64,000 nt of DNA from Polyangiales bacterium (GTDB lineage: Bacteria > Myxococcota_A > Polyangia > Polyangiales > Polyangiaceae), in assembly GCA_038231275.1 (NCBI GenBank), contig JBBRLQ010000009.1:186199-250198 (forward strand), written 5' to 3'. Positions 11,266 through 19,557 of the stretch are shown here, piece by piece. The notes beneath the pieces are model-generated. The model made no database searches, was not told the DNA's origin, and worked only from the letters and a program-made list of their open reading frames with translations. The position numbers and the translations under genes are program-made. Positions within the stretch are counted from its first letter, which is position 1. The number at the start of each line of letters is the position of its first letter.

Positions 11266-12024
11266 TCACTGTGGGCATGGGATCGGTCCTCCGGTGACCC
11301 TTCCGCGCCCCGTTTCGAGGCTGGAGGACCCGTAGATTTGCAGGTTGTTGGCGAGGCTCTGCGGCGGCATGACCTGCCCGTACGTCGTCACGGAGAACGA
11401 GACCGGACACAGGCTGAGAGTCGTCTGGCTCTGCCCGATGTTCGCGTTGCCGGCGAGCGGCTCGTAAAATTGCGTGTCGGTGATCTCCACGCTGAAGTTG
11501 CCCTCGAGCTGCACCGCGCCGGTCGCGCCGGGGCCGGCGAACGACGGGAATGCTTGGGCGGCGGTGCGGAGCGGTGCCGTCAGCCCCACCCACCCCTGCG
11601 AGAGATCGCTCATGCGCAGGATTTTGCACGCGCGCGAGCTGGCGCTGGCCGTCACCGGGACCGCCTCGAGCGACGCGCAGTGGTTGCGCGGGAACGTGTC
11701 GTCGTAGTCGCCGACCGATTTGGTGGAGAGAAGCCCGGGCGTCCGCATCATCGCCTCGATCGCGATGGCGTAGTCCGGCCCCAACTTCGCCGAGGCCGCG
11801 ACCATGCCGTACTCGGCGAGGTAGTGCGTCTGCAGGGCTTGCCGCTCGTAGCCGGCGCTCTTGATCTCGGTCGACGCGCTGATCAGCGCGAAGGCGCCGA
11901 GCGACACGAGCACGCCGATCGTCATCGACACGATGAAGACGACCGCGCCGCCCTGCCGCGCGCGCCGGCGTGCGCGACGCTTCGCGACGACGAGAGAGGA
12001 GCTCTGGTGCGTTTGCGTCGTCAT
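11266..12024 (-). CDS. pilX: PilX-like minor pilin
   Basis: Basic leader RRRARRRARQG then hydrophobic helix lacking Glu5; AGYERQALQTHYLAEYG PilX-type motif; ATGA overlap with pilW. Confidence 0.8.
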   Translation of the reverse strand: MTTQTHQSSSLVVAKRRARRRARQGGAVVFIVSMTIGVLVSLGAFALISASTEIKSAGYERQALQTHYLAEYGMVAASAKLGPDYAIAIEAMMRTPGLLSTKSVGDYDDTFPRNHCASLEAVPVTASASSRACKILRMSDLSQGWVGLTAPLRTAAQAFPSFAGPGATGAVQLEGNFSVEITDTQFYEPLAGNANIGQSQTTLSLCPVSFSVTTYGQVMPPQSLANNLQIYGSSSLETGRGRVTGGPIPCPQ

Positions 12025-13400
12025 GGGTAGGCCGCCCCCGCGAGGTTGTTGAGCGCCACCTCGGTGATGGTCTCGCGGACGCGCGCGAACGCCAAGCACG
12101 GAGCCGCCGAGGGGCTGGTGCAGTACCGGTACATGTACTTGTAGTCGGGCGGCGCGTAGCTGGGCGGGCTCACGACGCTCAAGCGATCGGCGATCGCCGT
12201 GCGCGTCGCGAGACGGACGCGAACCGAACGAATGCGCTGCGGCCCCGTCGCACCTGCGCTGGGGGAGCCGCCGTAGAGGGCGTTGTTCCCCGATATGTCG
12301 TCGAACGGGTAGGTGCTCTGCACGCGCACCGGGTTCGGGACCGCCGTGCCGCTCCCCGCCGTGCTGTCGACGGTGAACGCGAACTTGAGATCCACCGCAT
12401 ACTCGGCGACCAGATCGGGCGTCCCCACCTCCGTGCCGGCCGAGTCGAGGTAGTAGCGATAGAGGTCGAAGCGAGCAGGGTCGGCCACCGTCGCGAGCGG
12501 CGCGTACGCCACGTCAGGCGGAGCCAGCTTGTACCGCACGGTCAGCGCCGGGCTGACCGTCGAACCTGCGAGGAACGCCGACTGCCCGCCGTTGTTCGTG
12601 CTCGCGTTGGGCGTGACGAGCGTGGGAGTGGAGCCGAGATCCACGAACGGCACGCCCGCGGTGACGCCCGCGGCGCATGCGTCGATGTACTGCACGCGCC
12701 CCTGGAGATCCTGGATGCGCACGACGAAGCGCTTCGTCGCGACGGGCACGAAATTGCGCACCATCATGTCGTTCGGGCCGCTCGCTCCGCCCGTCTTCAG
12801 GACGCGCCAGGAGGGGGGATTGTCGAGCGCGAGCAAGAGCTTCGGCCCGCCGCACCCGGAGATCGCCCCGAGCTGCTGGATCGAGTACCCATCGACCGTG
12901 TTCATGTTGCCCGTGATGTCGATCGCGTCCGGGCTCAGGTTGTTGTTGTTCGAGTAGGGTTTGCTGTCGTCGGTGCCGGCCGTCGTCCCCGCAGGGAAGC
13001 CCAGCGCGATGTTGGCCTTCTTCGCCGAGCCGCCGACGAAGAGGCGGATCCCGGCCATCCGCTGGACGATGAACGGCGCGCCGCCCAGGTTGTAGTTGGA
13101 GACGATCCGCGGATCGCCGAGGATGTTTGGGCTCGTCATGAACGCCGCGCGCCCCAGGTCGGCACGGAGTCGATCGATCGCGGTGCGCACCGAAAACTGC
13201 GCCTGCGAGGCGCGCATGTCCTCGTGGAAGCTGTTCGTCGCCTCTTTCGAGAGACCCACGACCGCGATTCCGACGAGCAGCCCGCCGACGAGCGCGACGG
13301 CGAGCTCGATGAGCGTGAAGCCGCCGGCGCGGCGACGTGCGCGTGCGCGTGCGAGGACGGATCGGGGGATGGAGGGAGGCGTCGTCATTCTCTCCGTCAT
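12021..13400 (-). CDS. pilW: PilW-like minor pilin
   Basis: Prepilin site G|FTLIELAVAL; DLGRAAF and IRSVRVRLATRT motifs; ATGA overlap with pilV. Confidence 0.85.
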   Translation of the reverse strand: MTERMTTPPSIPRSVLARARARRRAGGFTLIELAVALVGGLLVGIAVVGLSKEATNSFHEDMRASQAQFSVRTAIDRLRADLGRAAFMTSPNILGDPRIVSNYNLGGAPFIVQRMAGIRLFVGGSAKKANIALGFPAGTTAGTDDSKPYSNNNNLSPDAIDITGNMNTVDGYSIQQLGAISGCGGPKLLLALDNPPSWRVLKTGGASGPNDMMVRNFVPVATKRFVVRIQDLQGRVQYIDACAAGVTAGVPFVDLGSTPTLVTPNASTNNGGQSAFLAGSTVSPALTVRYKLAPPDVAYAPLATVADPARFDLYRYYLDSAGTEVGTPDLVAEYAVDLKFAFTVDSTAGSGTAVPNPVRVQSTYPFDDISGNNALYGGSPSAGATGPQRIRSVRVRLATRTAIADRLSVVSPPSYAPPDYKYMYRYCTSPSAAPCLAFARVRETITEVALNNLAGAAYP

Positions 13401-14080
13401 TCTCCGAGCGGGGTGAGGCGGAGCATCGTCGAGGCGTAAACGAAGTGGTAGACCGCCGGGCCGCCGGTCGCGCCGTCGGGGCCGTTCGTCGCGCCGAGCG
13501 CCGCAGTGTCGCAGAAGCCGTTGCCGCCCGAGTAGGGGGCCGTAGCGCTCTGCGTGAGCTGACGCGGCCAATAGACGCGAACCTCCGCGCGGACGAGATC
13601 GGCAGCCCCGCCGTCGGCCGACGCGCTGTCGAGCCAGATGTTGACGCAAAACGACGCGTCCCCGTACTTGTCCTGCGCGAGGTCGCGCCCGAGAATGTCG
13701 AACGCGGGGCAGAGTCCGTCGGCGTTGGAGCCCGTCGCCGTCGCCGGACACAGCGTCGTGGGCATCGCCCACTTGCCGTAGTAGGTGCTCGTCAGCTTGA
13801 TGTAGTTGGTCTGGCCGAGCGGCGTCGCGACGCTGTTCTGCGTCCACATCATCGCGTCGCGCCGAAGCCGCTCCAGCCAGTCGCGCGCGATGGCGTTCGC
13901 CATGTCGAGCTTTCGCGCGTCGGAGTTGCCCTGAATCGAGGCGCGCTGCATCGCGATGACGCTCGCCGCGCCGACCGCGAAGACGGTCATCGCCATGAGC
14001 ACCTCGATCGCGGTGTACCCGCGCGCGCGGCGTCGGCTGCGGATCGCGAGGGTCTTCGAGGAGGGTGTAGGCATCGTCAT
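13397..14080 (-). CDS. pilV: PilV-like minor pilin
   Basis: Prepilin site G|YTAIEVLMAM; ANAIARDWLERLR; VRVYW motif. Confidence 0.85.
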   Translation of the reverse strand: MTMPTPSSKTLAIRSRRRARGYTAIEVLMAMTVFAVGAASVIAMQRASIQGNSDARKLDMANAIARDWLERLRRDAMMWTQNSVATPLGQTNYIKLTSTYYGKWAMPTTLCPATATGSNADGLCPAFDILGRDLAQDKYGDASFCVNIWLDSASADGGAADLVRAEVRVYWPRQLTQSATAPYSGGNGFCDTAALGATNGPDGATGGPAVYHFVYASTMLRLTPLGE

Positions 14081-14085
14081 CAGGT

Positions 14086-14820
14086 TTAGTTCGAGTACAG
14101 GCGCGCAACGCCGGCCGGCGGGACGAGCACGTGACGCTTCAAGCCGATGCCGCTCGTGCATCCGCCGCCGCGCCGCATGCAGACGTCGACGTCGATGAAC
14201 GTGTTGCCGACCGCGAATGCCGGGATCGCCGAGCCGGTCGACACGTACGTCCGGCCGGCGGGGGTGAAGCAGACCCACGCGATCGACACGCCGGAGCCGC
14301 CGGCCGGGTTCCCGGTGCGATCCACGTACGCGACGTCGATCGACGATTGGAAATCGAGCGTCACGTCGAGGTTCAGGTTGTAGTCGAGGGCGTCGAGCGG
14401 GAGGGCGTTGCTGGTCGGCGGCGGAGATGCCGGATCCCACGACGGGGTGAGGCAGCTGGCGATCGGGGTGCGGTTGGTCGTGTCCGACGTCGGGGCACTG
14501 CCGTTGGTCGTCGCGTTGGCGGTGACCGCCTCGAAGACGCGGAACGTCCCACGATCGGCGGCGCCCGACGCCGTCATCATCACCGCGACCGCGCCGCCGC
14601 GACCGATCGCCCGAAGACGCGCGCCCCGCAGGATCTGCGCGACCTGCATCGAGTTGTTGTAGGCGTGCCGATCGTCGCGCGCGCGGATCATCGACGGGAT
14701 CGCGAGCGCGGCGAGCACGGAAACGACGATCACGACGACCATCAGCTCGATGAGCGTGAACCCTCGCGCCGCGCCGCGCGCGGTCCTTATCGAAGCACTT
14801 CGTTCAGGAAGGGATCGCAC
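14086..14820 (-). CDS. fimU: FimU/FimT-like minor pilin
   Basis: Prepilin site G|FTLIELMVVV; LRGARLRAI and VCFTPAG motifs; GTG 14820 is the last in-frame start codon before the cleavage site (start uncertain). Confidence 0.8.
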   Translation of the reverse strand: MRSLPERSASIRTARGAARGFTLIELMVVVIVVSVLAALAIPSMIRARDDRHAYNNSMQVAQILRGARLRAIGRGGAVAVMMTASGAADRGTFRVFEAVTANATTNGSAPTSDTTNRTPIASCLTPSWDPASPPPTSNALPLDALDYNLNLDVTLDFQSSIDVAYVDRTGNPAGGSGVSIAWVCFTPAGRTYVSTGSAIPAFAVGNTFIDVDVCMRRGGGCTSGIGLKRHVLVPPAGVARLYSN

Positions 14821-14833
14821 CGTGTTCCTTTTT

Positions 14834-14849
14834 AGCAAGGCGCGTGCCC
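14834..14849 (-). promoter_or_regulatory. Sigma54 (-24/-12) promoter of the minor pilin/pilY1 operon
   Basis: Minus strand GGGCACGCGCCTTGCT; GG and GC separated by exactly 10 nt. Confidence 0.7.
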
Positions 14850-15022
14850 CCTGGATGAGGCGCCTCGCGTGGGAAATTCTAGCGATTTTCTCCCTACGAG
14901 GGCCAAGCAAAGTCGAAACGATTGCCGGGCTATGAAAAAGCTGCGAGGCGCCTCGATGTGGGTGCGGCGGCCGTGGTGGCGACGCGGTAGACGCATCACT
15001 CCTCGCGGAGTACACGGTGGGA

Positions 15023-16159
15023 ATGACGCGATTCTTTCCGTCGATCGTTCTCGCCGCGGCGCTTCCTCTTCTTGTTACCGCGTGCCCGTCGAAGGACTCC
15101 GCGAAGAAGGATGAGCCGCCGCCTCCGCCGCCGCCGGCGAGCGCGGGGCTCAGCCCTGGCGCGTGCACGGGGGGCGGCGGCGAGGTGAAGGATCCGGTGA
15201 GCACGGCGTTCTTCCCGCGCGCGGCCGGCGGCTTCTGCCTCGACCCGAACGGCGAGACGAAGACGTACGGCGAGAACGCGAAGCACGCGAAGGAAGAGGT
15301 CTGCACCACGCTCTTCGACGGCGAGTGCGAGATCTACATGCGCTACCGGCTCACGCGCGTGGTGGCGCTCCGCTACGTCGACGGCGCCGGCAAGGGCGCG
15401 ACCGTCGACGTCATCCTCTCGACGTACGCCGACGTCCCCGGCGCGTACGCCATGTTCACCAAGCGCGTCATCGCCGACAGCGATCCGGCGGAGGACTCGG
15501 CGCCGAAGCCGATCGCCGCGGGCGGCGCGGCGGTGCTCGGTACCGGGCGCGCATACCTGTGGCGCGGGCAGTACATCGCCGAGCTCCAGTACAACAACGA
15601 GCAGGAGTCGCCGGAGCAGCTCACCAAGTCGAGCGGCGCAGCGCTCCCGATCCTCGCGAAGGAGGTTGGCGCGAGGCTCCCTGGCGCGCTCGACAAGCCG
15701 CCGTCGGCGAAGGCGCTGCCCGAGGTCGGTCTCGTGAGCGCGCAGGCGATGCAGCTCGTCGAGAAAGAGCTGCTGGGCCTGAAGGGCCTCGGCGCCGGCG
15801 CGATGGGTTACTACAAGGACGGCGACAAGCGCTTCCGTGAGGTCGCGTTCGTGAACGCCGACGCCGAGCAGGCGAAGGACGGAATGAAGCTGCTGGCGAA
15901 GCGGCCCGAGGCACTGCCCGTCGCGGGGGTCGGCGAGGACGCGTCGCTCGTCGTGATCAAGCAAGGCGAGACGAAGCTCGAGTACCTCTTCGCGCGTAAG
16001 GGGCCGCTGCTCGCGGGCGTCGGCGACGACGACTATGCGGCGCAGAAGAAGCTCTCGAAGGACGAGAAGATCGCCAAGCTCAAGGCGTGGCTCGCCGGCA
16101 GCGCGGCTCCTGCAGGTTCGGCGCCCGCACCTTCCGCTTCGGCGTCCGCGAAGAAGTAG
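15023..16159 (+). CDS. Lipoprotein, possibly DUF6599-like
   Basis: Lipobox LVTAC; poly-Pro linker; LFDGECEIY..AYAMF pattern. Confidence 0.6.
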   Translation: MTRFFPSIVLAAALPLLVTACPSKDSAKKDEPPPPPPPASAGLSPGACTGGGGEVKDPVSTAFFPRAAGGFCLDPNGETKTYGENAKHAKEEVCTTLFDGECEIYMRYRLTRVVALRYVDGAGKGATVDVILSTYADVPGAYAMFTKRVIADSDPAEDSAPKPIAAGGAAVLGTGRAYLWRGQYIAELQYNNEQESPEQLTKSSGAALPILAKEVGARLPGALDKPPSAKALPEVGLVSAQAMQLVEKELLGLKGLGAGAMGYYKDGDKRFREVAFVNADAEQAKDGMKLLAKRPEALPVAGVGEDASLVVIKQGETKLEYLFARKGPLLAGVGDDDYAAQKKLSKDEKIAKLKAWLAGSAAPAGSAPAPSASASAKK

Positions 16160-16258
16160 CTGCCGCTGCGTCGAAGCGACGAGGAATGGCGCGCCGCCGG
16201 AGGTGATTGGCGCCGGCACGGATGCGCCGTTTTTCTCGGTGGGTAGTGTGCCCTCGCC

Positions 16259-17125
16259 ATGAAGAAGAGACCCTTGAATTCGAGCTCCTTTGCGGCGCTC
16301 GCGGCGTGGCTCCTCGCGGGCGGCGCGGGCGCAGCGGCCGCCGGGTGCGCGATTTCGACGGGAGAGTCTAGCGTCGACGCCGGCGACGTGGGGGGTGGCG
16401 ATCTCGCCGACGCCGCGTCGCTCTTCGACGCGACGACGGGCGACGCGGCGTCGGGCGACGGTGGCCCTGGGACCGACGCGCGCAACGACGCGCCCCACGA
16501 CGGACACGCCGACCAGAGCGTGCCACCTCCGCCGCCGCCTCCACCTCCACCTCCACCTCCTCCGCCGCCGACATCGCTCGACCTGCACCAGGTCACGCTC
16601 TTCGACAACCCCGCCACCCTCGCGGACTGGCCGATCACGACCAAAATCACCGCCGTCGAGTTCCAGTACAAAGGGAAAAACGGCGTCTTCGTCGAGTTCT
16701 CCAAGCGCGACGGCGCCGGGAGCTGGCCCGACATCGTGCCGCCGGGCTGGGATGGCCCGCTCGAATTCACGGTCGGCATGGTCGAGAACATCGGCGGGCA
16801 GTGGTACGGGTCCTCGGCCGTCGAGTTCTGGCGCGGCGTCGACGTGGTGCTCGGAGGGAACGTCTCGTCGGACATCGTGACCGGCGGCCCGTGCACGACG
16901 TTCGGCCTCGGCTCGACCTGCCAGGTCGCCAAGAATTGGTACTACGACGGCCGCTGGGGAAACCTGGCGGGCTACCAGCCGGCCCCCGGCGAGACGATCG
17001 GCATCTTCGTCGTCGCCGGCAACCTGCGCGGCGTGAAGGATGGCAGTCAGTCGCCCGTTCTGGAGCGATCCGACGTCGTCTTGATGCCGATGCCCGGCTT
17101 CGGCGGAGCACGCTACACCTTCTAG
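16259..17125 (+). CDS. Hypothetical lipoprotein with a D/A/G-rich and poly-Pro linker and a Trp-rich beta domain
   Basis: Signal ending AAAGC; long poly-Pro run; aromatic-rich C-terminal domain. Confidence 0.7.
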   Translation: MKKRPLNSSSFAALAAWLLAGGAGAAAAGCAISTGESSVDAGDVGGGDLADAASLFDATTGDAASGDGGPGTDARNDAPHDGHADQSVPPPPPPPPPPPPPPPPTSLDLHQVTLFDNPATLADWPITTKITAVEFQYKGKNGVFVEFSKRDGAGSWPDIVPPGWDGPLEFTVGMVENIGGQWYGSSAVEFWRGVDVVLGGNVSSDIVTGGPCTTFGLGSTCQVAKNWYYDGRWGNLAGYQPAPGETIGIFVVAGNLRGVKDGSQSPVLERSDVVLMPMPGFGGARYTF

Positions 17126-17958
17126 CTTCTCGATTCCTTGCCGCGGGCGCGCCACACGCTTGGCGCCTCGAATCCGCACCGGTGAAAGAGCGTGCTGAGG
17201 TGCTGCGGCGAGGTGAGGCCCACCTCGAGCGCGACCTCGGTGATGCTCACGTCGGAGTCCTCGAGCCGCCGCTGCGCGAGTCGCACGCGCGCGACGTCGA
17301 GCTCCTTGCGAAACGTCGTGTCGTGCTCGCGGAGGCGGCGCTGGAGGCTACGGGTGGACAGCGCCAGGGCGCGCGCCGCCTCCACCGGGGTCGCGCGCGG
17401 GTGGTGCTCGAGGAAGGTCCCTAGCTCCCGCACGATCGCCGGCACCGAGCGCGCCTCGCGGCGAACCCTCCCGAGCTCTTCGAGCAGCGGCGCGTCGTCT
17501 GCGCAGCCGAGCCAGGCCAGCGCCGCCTGCGCATCCTGGAAAATCTCCGCAGGGAACGATATCGGCGCGAGCGTGGTGAAGCCGACGGCGATGGCCCCCG
17601 CGAACTCGCCGCGATGCACGACCGCGACCCTCGTGATGCGCGACTCGAGCCCCGCGAGGCTCCTCGTCACGTACTGCGAAAGCGCGGCGAAGACGCTCGG
17701 GCTCATGCGCTCGATCTTGGACGCGTCGAAGAGCGTCGCGTGCGGGCTGCACGCCTCCGACACGCGCAGGTCGGCGCACGCTGTCCACACCTCCACGTCC
17801 TCCGGCGACGGCGTTCCCCACACGATCGTGCCGGAGAAGCCCCCATGCTTCGCGAAGAAGGAGAGCCACGTGCGCCCGACGAAATACTTTCCGCGCGGGT
17901 CGGGCGACAGCGCGAGGATGGTCTCCGCGCGCTCGAGGAGGGGCGAGGTCGTGGCCAC
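17122..17958 (-). CDS. AraC-family transcriptional regulator
   Basis: C-terminal ARALALSTRSLQRRL..SITEVALEVGLTSPQHLSTLFHR..APSVWR double HTH. Confidence 0.9.
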   Translation of the reverse strand: MATTSPLLERAETILALSPDPRGKYFVGRTWLSFFAKHGGFSGTIVWGTPSPEDVEVWTACADLRVSEACSPHATLFDASKIERMSPSVFAALSQYVTRSLAGLESRITRVAVVHRGEFAGAIAVGFTTLAPISFPAEIFQDAQAALAWLGCADDAPLLEELGRVRREARSVPAIVRELGTFLEHHPRATPVEAARALALSTRSLQRRLREHDTTFRKELDVARVRLAQRRLEDSDVSITEVALEVGLTSPQHLSTLFHRCGFEAPSVWRARGKESRS

Positions 17959-17994
17959 GTCACGCGCGAGGGTAGCGCAGTTTGTGGCGCAATT

Positions 17995-18984
17995 TCAGAG
18001 GAGGGCCTCCGCCGCCTCGCGCTCGAGGTTCACGCGCTCGAGGCTCGTGCGCTCGAAGCACTCGTCGGGGACGCCGCGTCGCTTGCGCGAGAGCCGGCTC
18101 GCCGCGATGAACCGCGTCGTGACCGGATCGTGGTAGCCGCTTGCATCGGGGAGCCCCGGCACGTGCTCGCGGTGGTAGTGCACGATGCGGTTCATCAGCA
18201 CGTCGCGCGCCCACTTGCCGACGAGCGACGCCAGGCACACGAGGAGGTTCGACGCGTCGGCGTCGCGCACGAACGCGATCGTGCCGACGCCGGGGATTGC
18301 GTACGTGCTCTTGGCGCGCCCTTCGTCGATCGTCGCGTGCAGGCGCCCGGAGAGCGGGCCGAAGTGATCGGGGTACCGATCGAACCCGCCGACCTTGCCG
18401 CAGATCGCCAGCACGTCGGCGCCGGCGTCCTCGCGCGCGCGGAGGACGAGCCGCTCCATCGCGTGCAGGTCCACCACGAAGCGGCTCCGCCCGCGGTTCG
18501 TCTCGGCGTTGAGCCGTTTGGCGCAGGCGATGTGGACGCGCGCGCCGACGACCTCGACGCCGCTTTTGGCGAGCTTGTCGAGGTCGCGACCGATCTGCGC
18601 GACGAGGCCGGGCTCCGCCACGAGACCGCCCGCTTCGCCGCCGGTCCCCCAGCACTGATCGCCGTGGCTCGTGGGGCACGGGGCGCGGAGGGTCTCGCGG
18701 GCGTCGAGCGCCAGCGCGAAGACGAGCTCGTCGATCGATCGCGGCGCCGGTGCACCGGACCGCGCCAGGAGCGCGCGTCCCCACGCCTCTCCTAGAGAGC
18801 TGTCGCCGTACGAGACGAGCGCCTTCGAGTCGCCGAGCCGCGCGCGCATGCGCCCCTTCGGCCGCGCGCAGGCAACCCTCTCTCCTTCTGCCGTCGTCCG
18901 CGCCAGCACGGAGGTGACCACGAGGGGACCGAGCCGCGGCCCAAGACCATTCTCGTCGACGCCCACGCAAAACCCGAACGACAT
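17995..18984 (-). CDS. Divergent ribonuclease HII-fold protein
   Basis: GVDENGLGPRLGPLVV, DSK, DAD..ASLVGK..RD and SGY motifs align to RNase HII. Confidence 0.7.
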   Translation of the reverse strand: MSFGFCVGVDENGLGPRLGPLVVTSVLARTTAEGERVACARPKGRMRARLGDSKALVSYGDSSLGEAWGRALLARSGAPAPRSIDELVFALALDARETLRAPCPTSHGDQCWGTGGEAGGLVAEPGLVAQIGRDLDKLAKSGVEVVGARVHIACAKRLNAETNRGRSRFVVDLHAMERLVLRAREDAGADVLAICGKVGGFDRYPDHFGPLSGRLHATIDEGRAKSTYAIPGVGTIAFVRDADASNLLVCLASLVGKWARDVLMNRIVHYHREHVPGLPDASGYHDPVTTRFIAASRLSRKRRGVPDECFERTSLERVNLEREAAEALL

Positions 18985-19021
18985 CCCCGTATCCTAGCGA
19001 GAAGGTTGAGCTAGCGCCCCG

Positions 19022-19050
19022 TTGACGTCCGCGATTCCGATGCGTAGGTT
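19022..19050 (+). promoter_or_regulatory. Sigma70-type promoter for dksA
   Basis: TTGACG-17 nt-TAGGTT. Confidence 0.5.
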
Positions 19051-19129
19051 CCCTCGCCTCGAAAAGGGGACCCATGGGCGCCGCATTTGGCTACGCTCGG
19101 CCCTTCCCTCAAATTGCGGAGATGGCGCG

Positions 19130-19492
19130 GTGAACAAAGCCCAGCTCAAGAAGTTCAAGACGCTCCTGACCGAGAAGCGTGACGAGATCGTCAAGAAGGC
19201 GAAGCAGACCCTCGAAGAAGACATGGCGCTCGACGCCAACGATCTCCCGGACGAGATGGACCTCGCGTCGAGCGAGTACCTCCAGTCCTTCACGTTCCGA
19301 CTCCGCGGCCGCGAGAAAGCGTTCCTCGACAAGATCACCAAGGCGCTCACCAAGATCGACGACGGCTCGTTCGGCGTCTGCGAGGAGTGCGGCGAGGAGA
19401 TCTCGATCAAGCGCCTCGAAGCCCGCCCGGAGACGACCCTCTGCATCCGCTGCAAAGAGGATCAGGAGCGCGTCGAAAAGGACTTCGGCTAA
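19130..19492 (+). CDS. dksA: DksA/TraR-family RNA polymerase-binding factor
   Basis: GGAG RBS and GTG 19130; coiled-coil tip DEMDLA (DxxDxA); C4 zinc finger CEEC..CIRC; RLEARP. Confidence 0.9.
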   Translation: MNKAQLKKFKTLLTEKRDEIVKKAKQTLEEDMALDANDLPDEMDLASSEYLQSFTFRLRGREKAFLDKITKALTKIDDGSFGVCEECGEEISIKRLEARPETTLCIRCKEDQERVEKDFG

Positions 19493-19557
19493 AAATTAGC
19501 GCAGGCCCGTAATCGAACAGCCGGGCTGTCTGGCGTGCTCGATGCATTGCGGAGGGC

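Noticed and set aside
12021-14108. ORF-track 695-aa call, and other N-terminally extended calls (26402-28918, 28928-31036, 37017-39083, 53260-55347, 59022-61208)
   Set aside because: The extensions overlap neighbouring genes; real starts are internal, as shown by signal peptides, RBSs and stop/start overlaps. They are not fusions or frameshifts.
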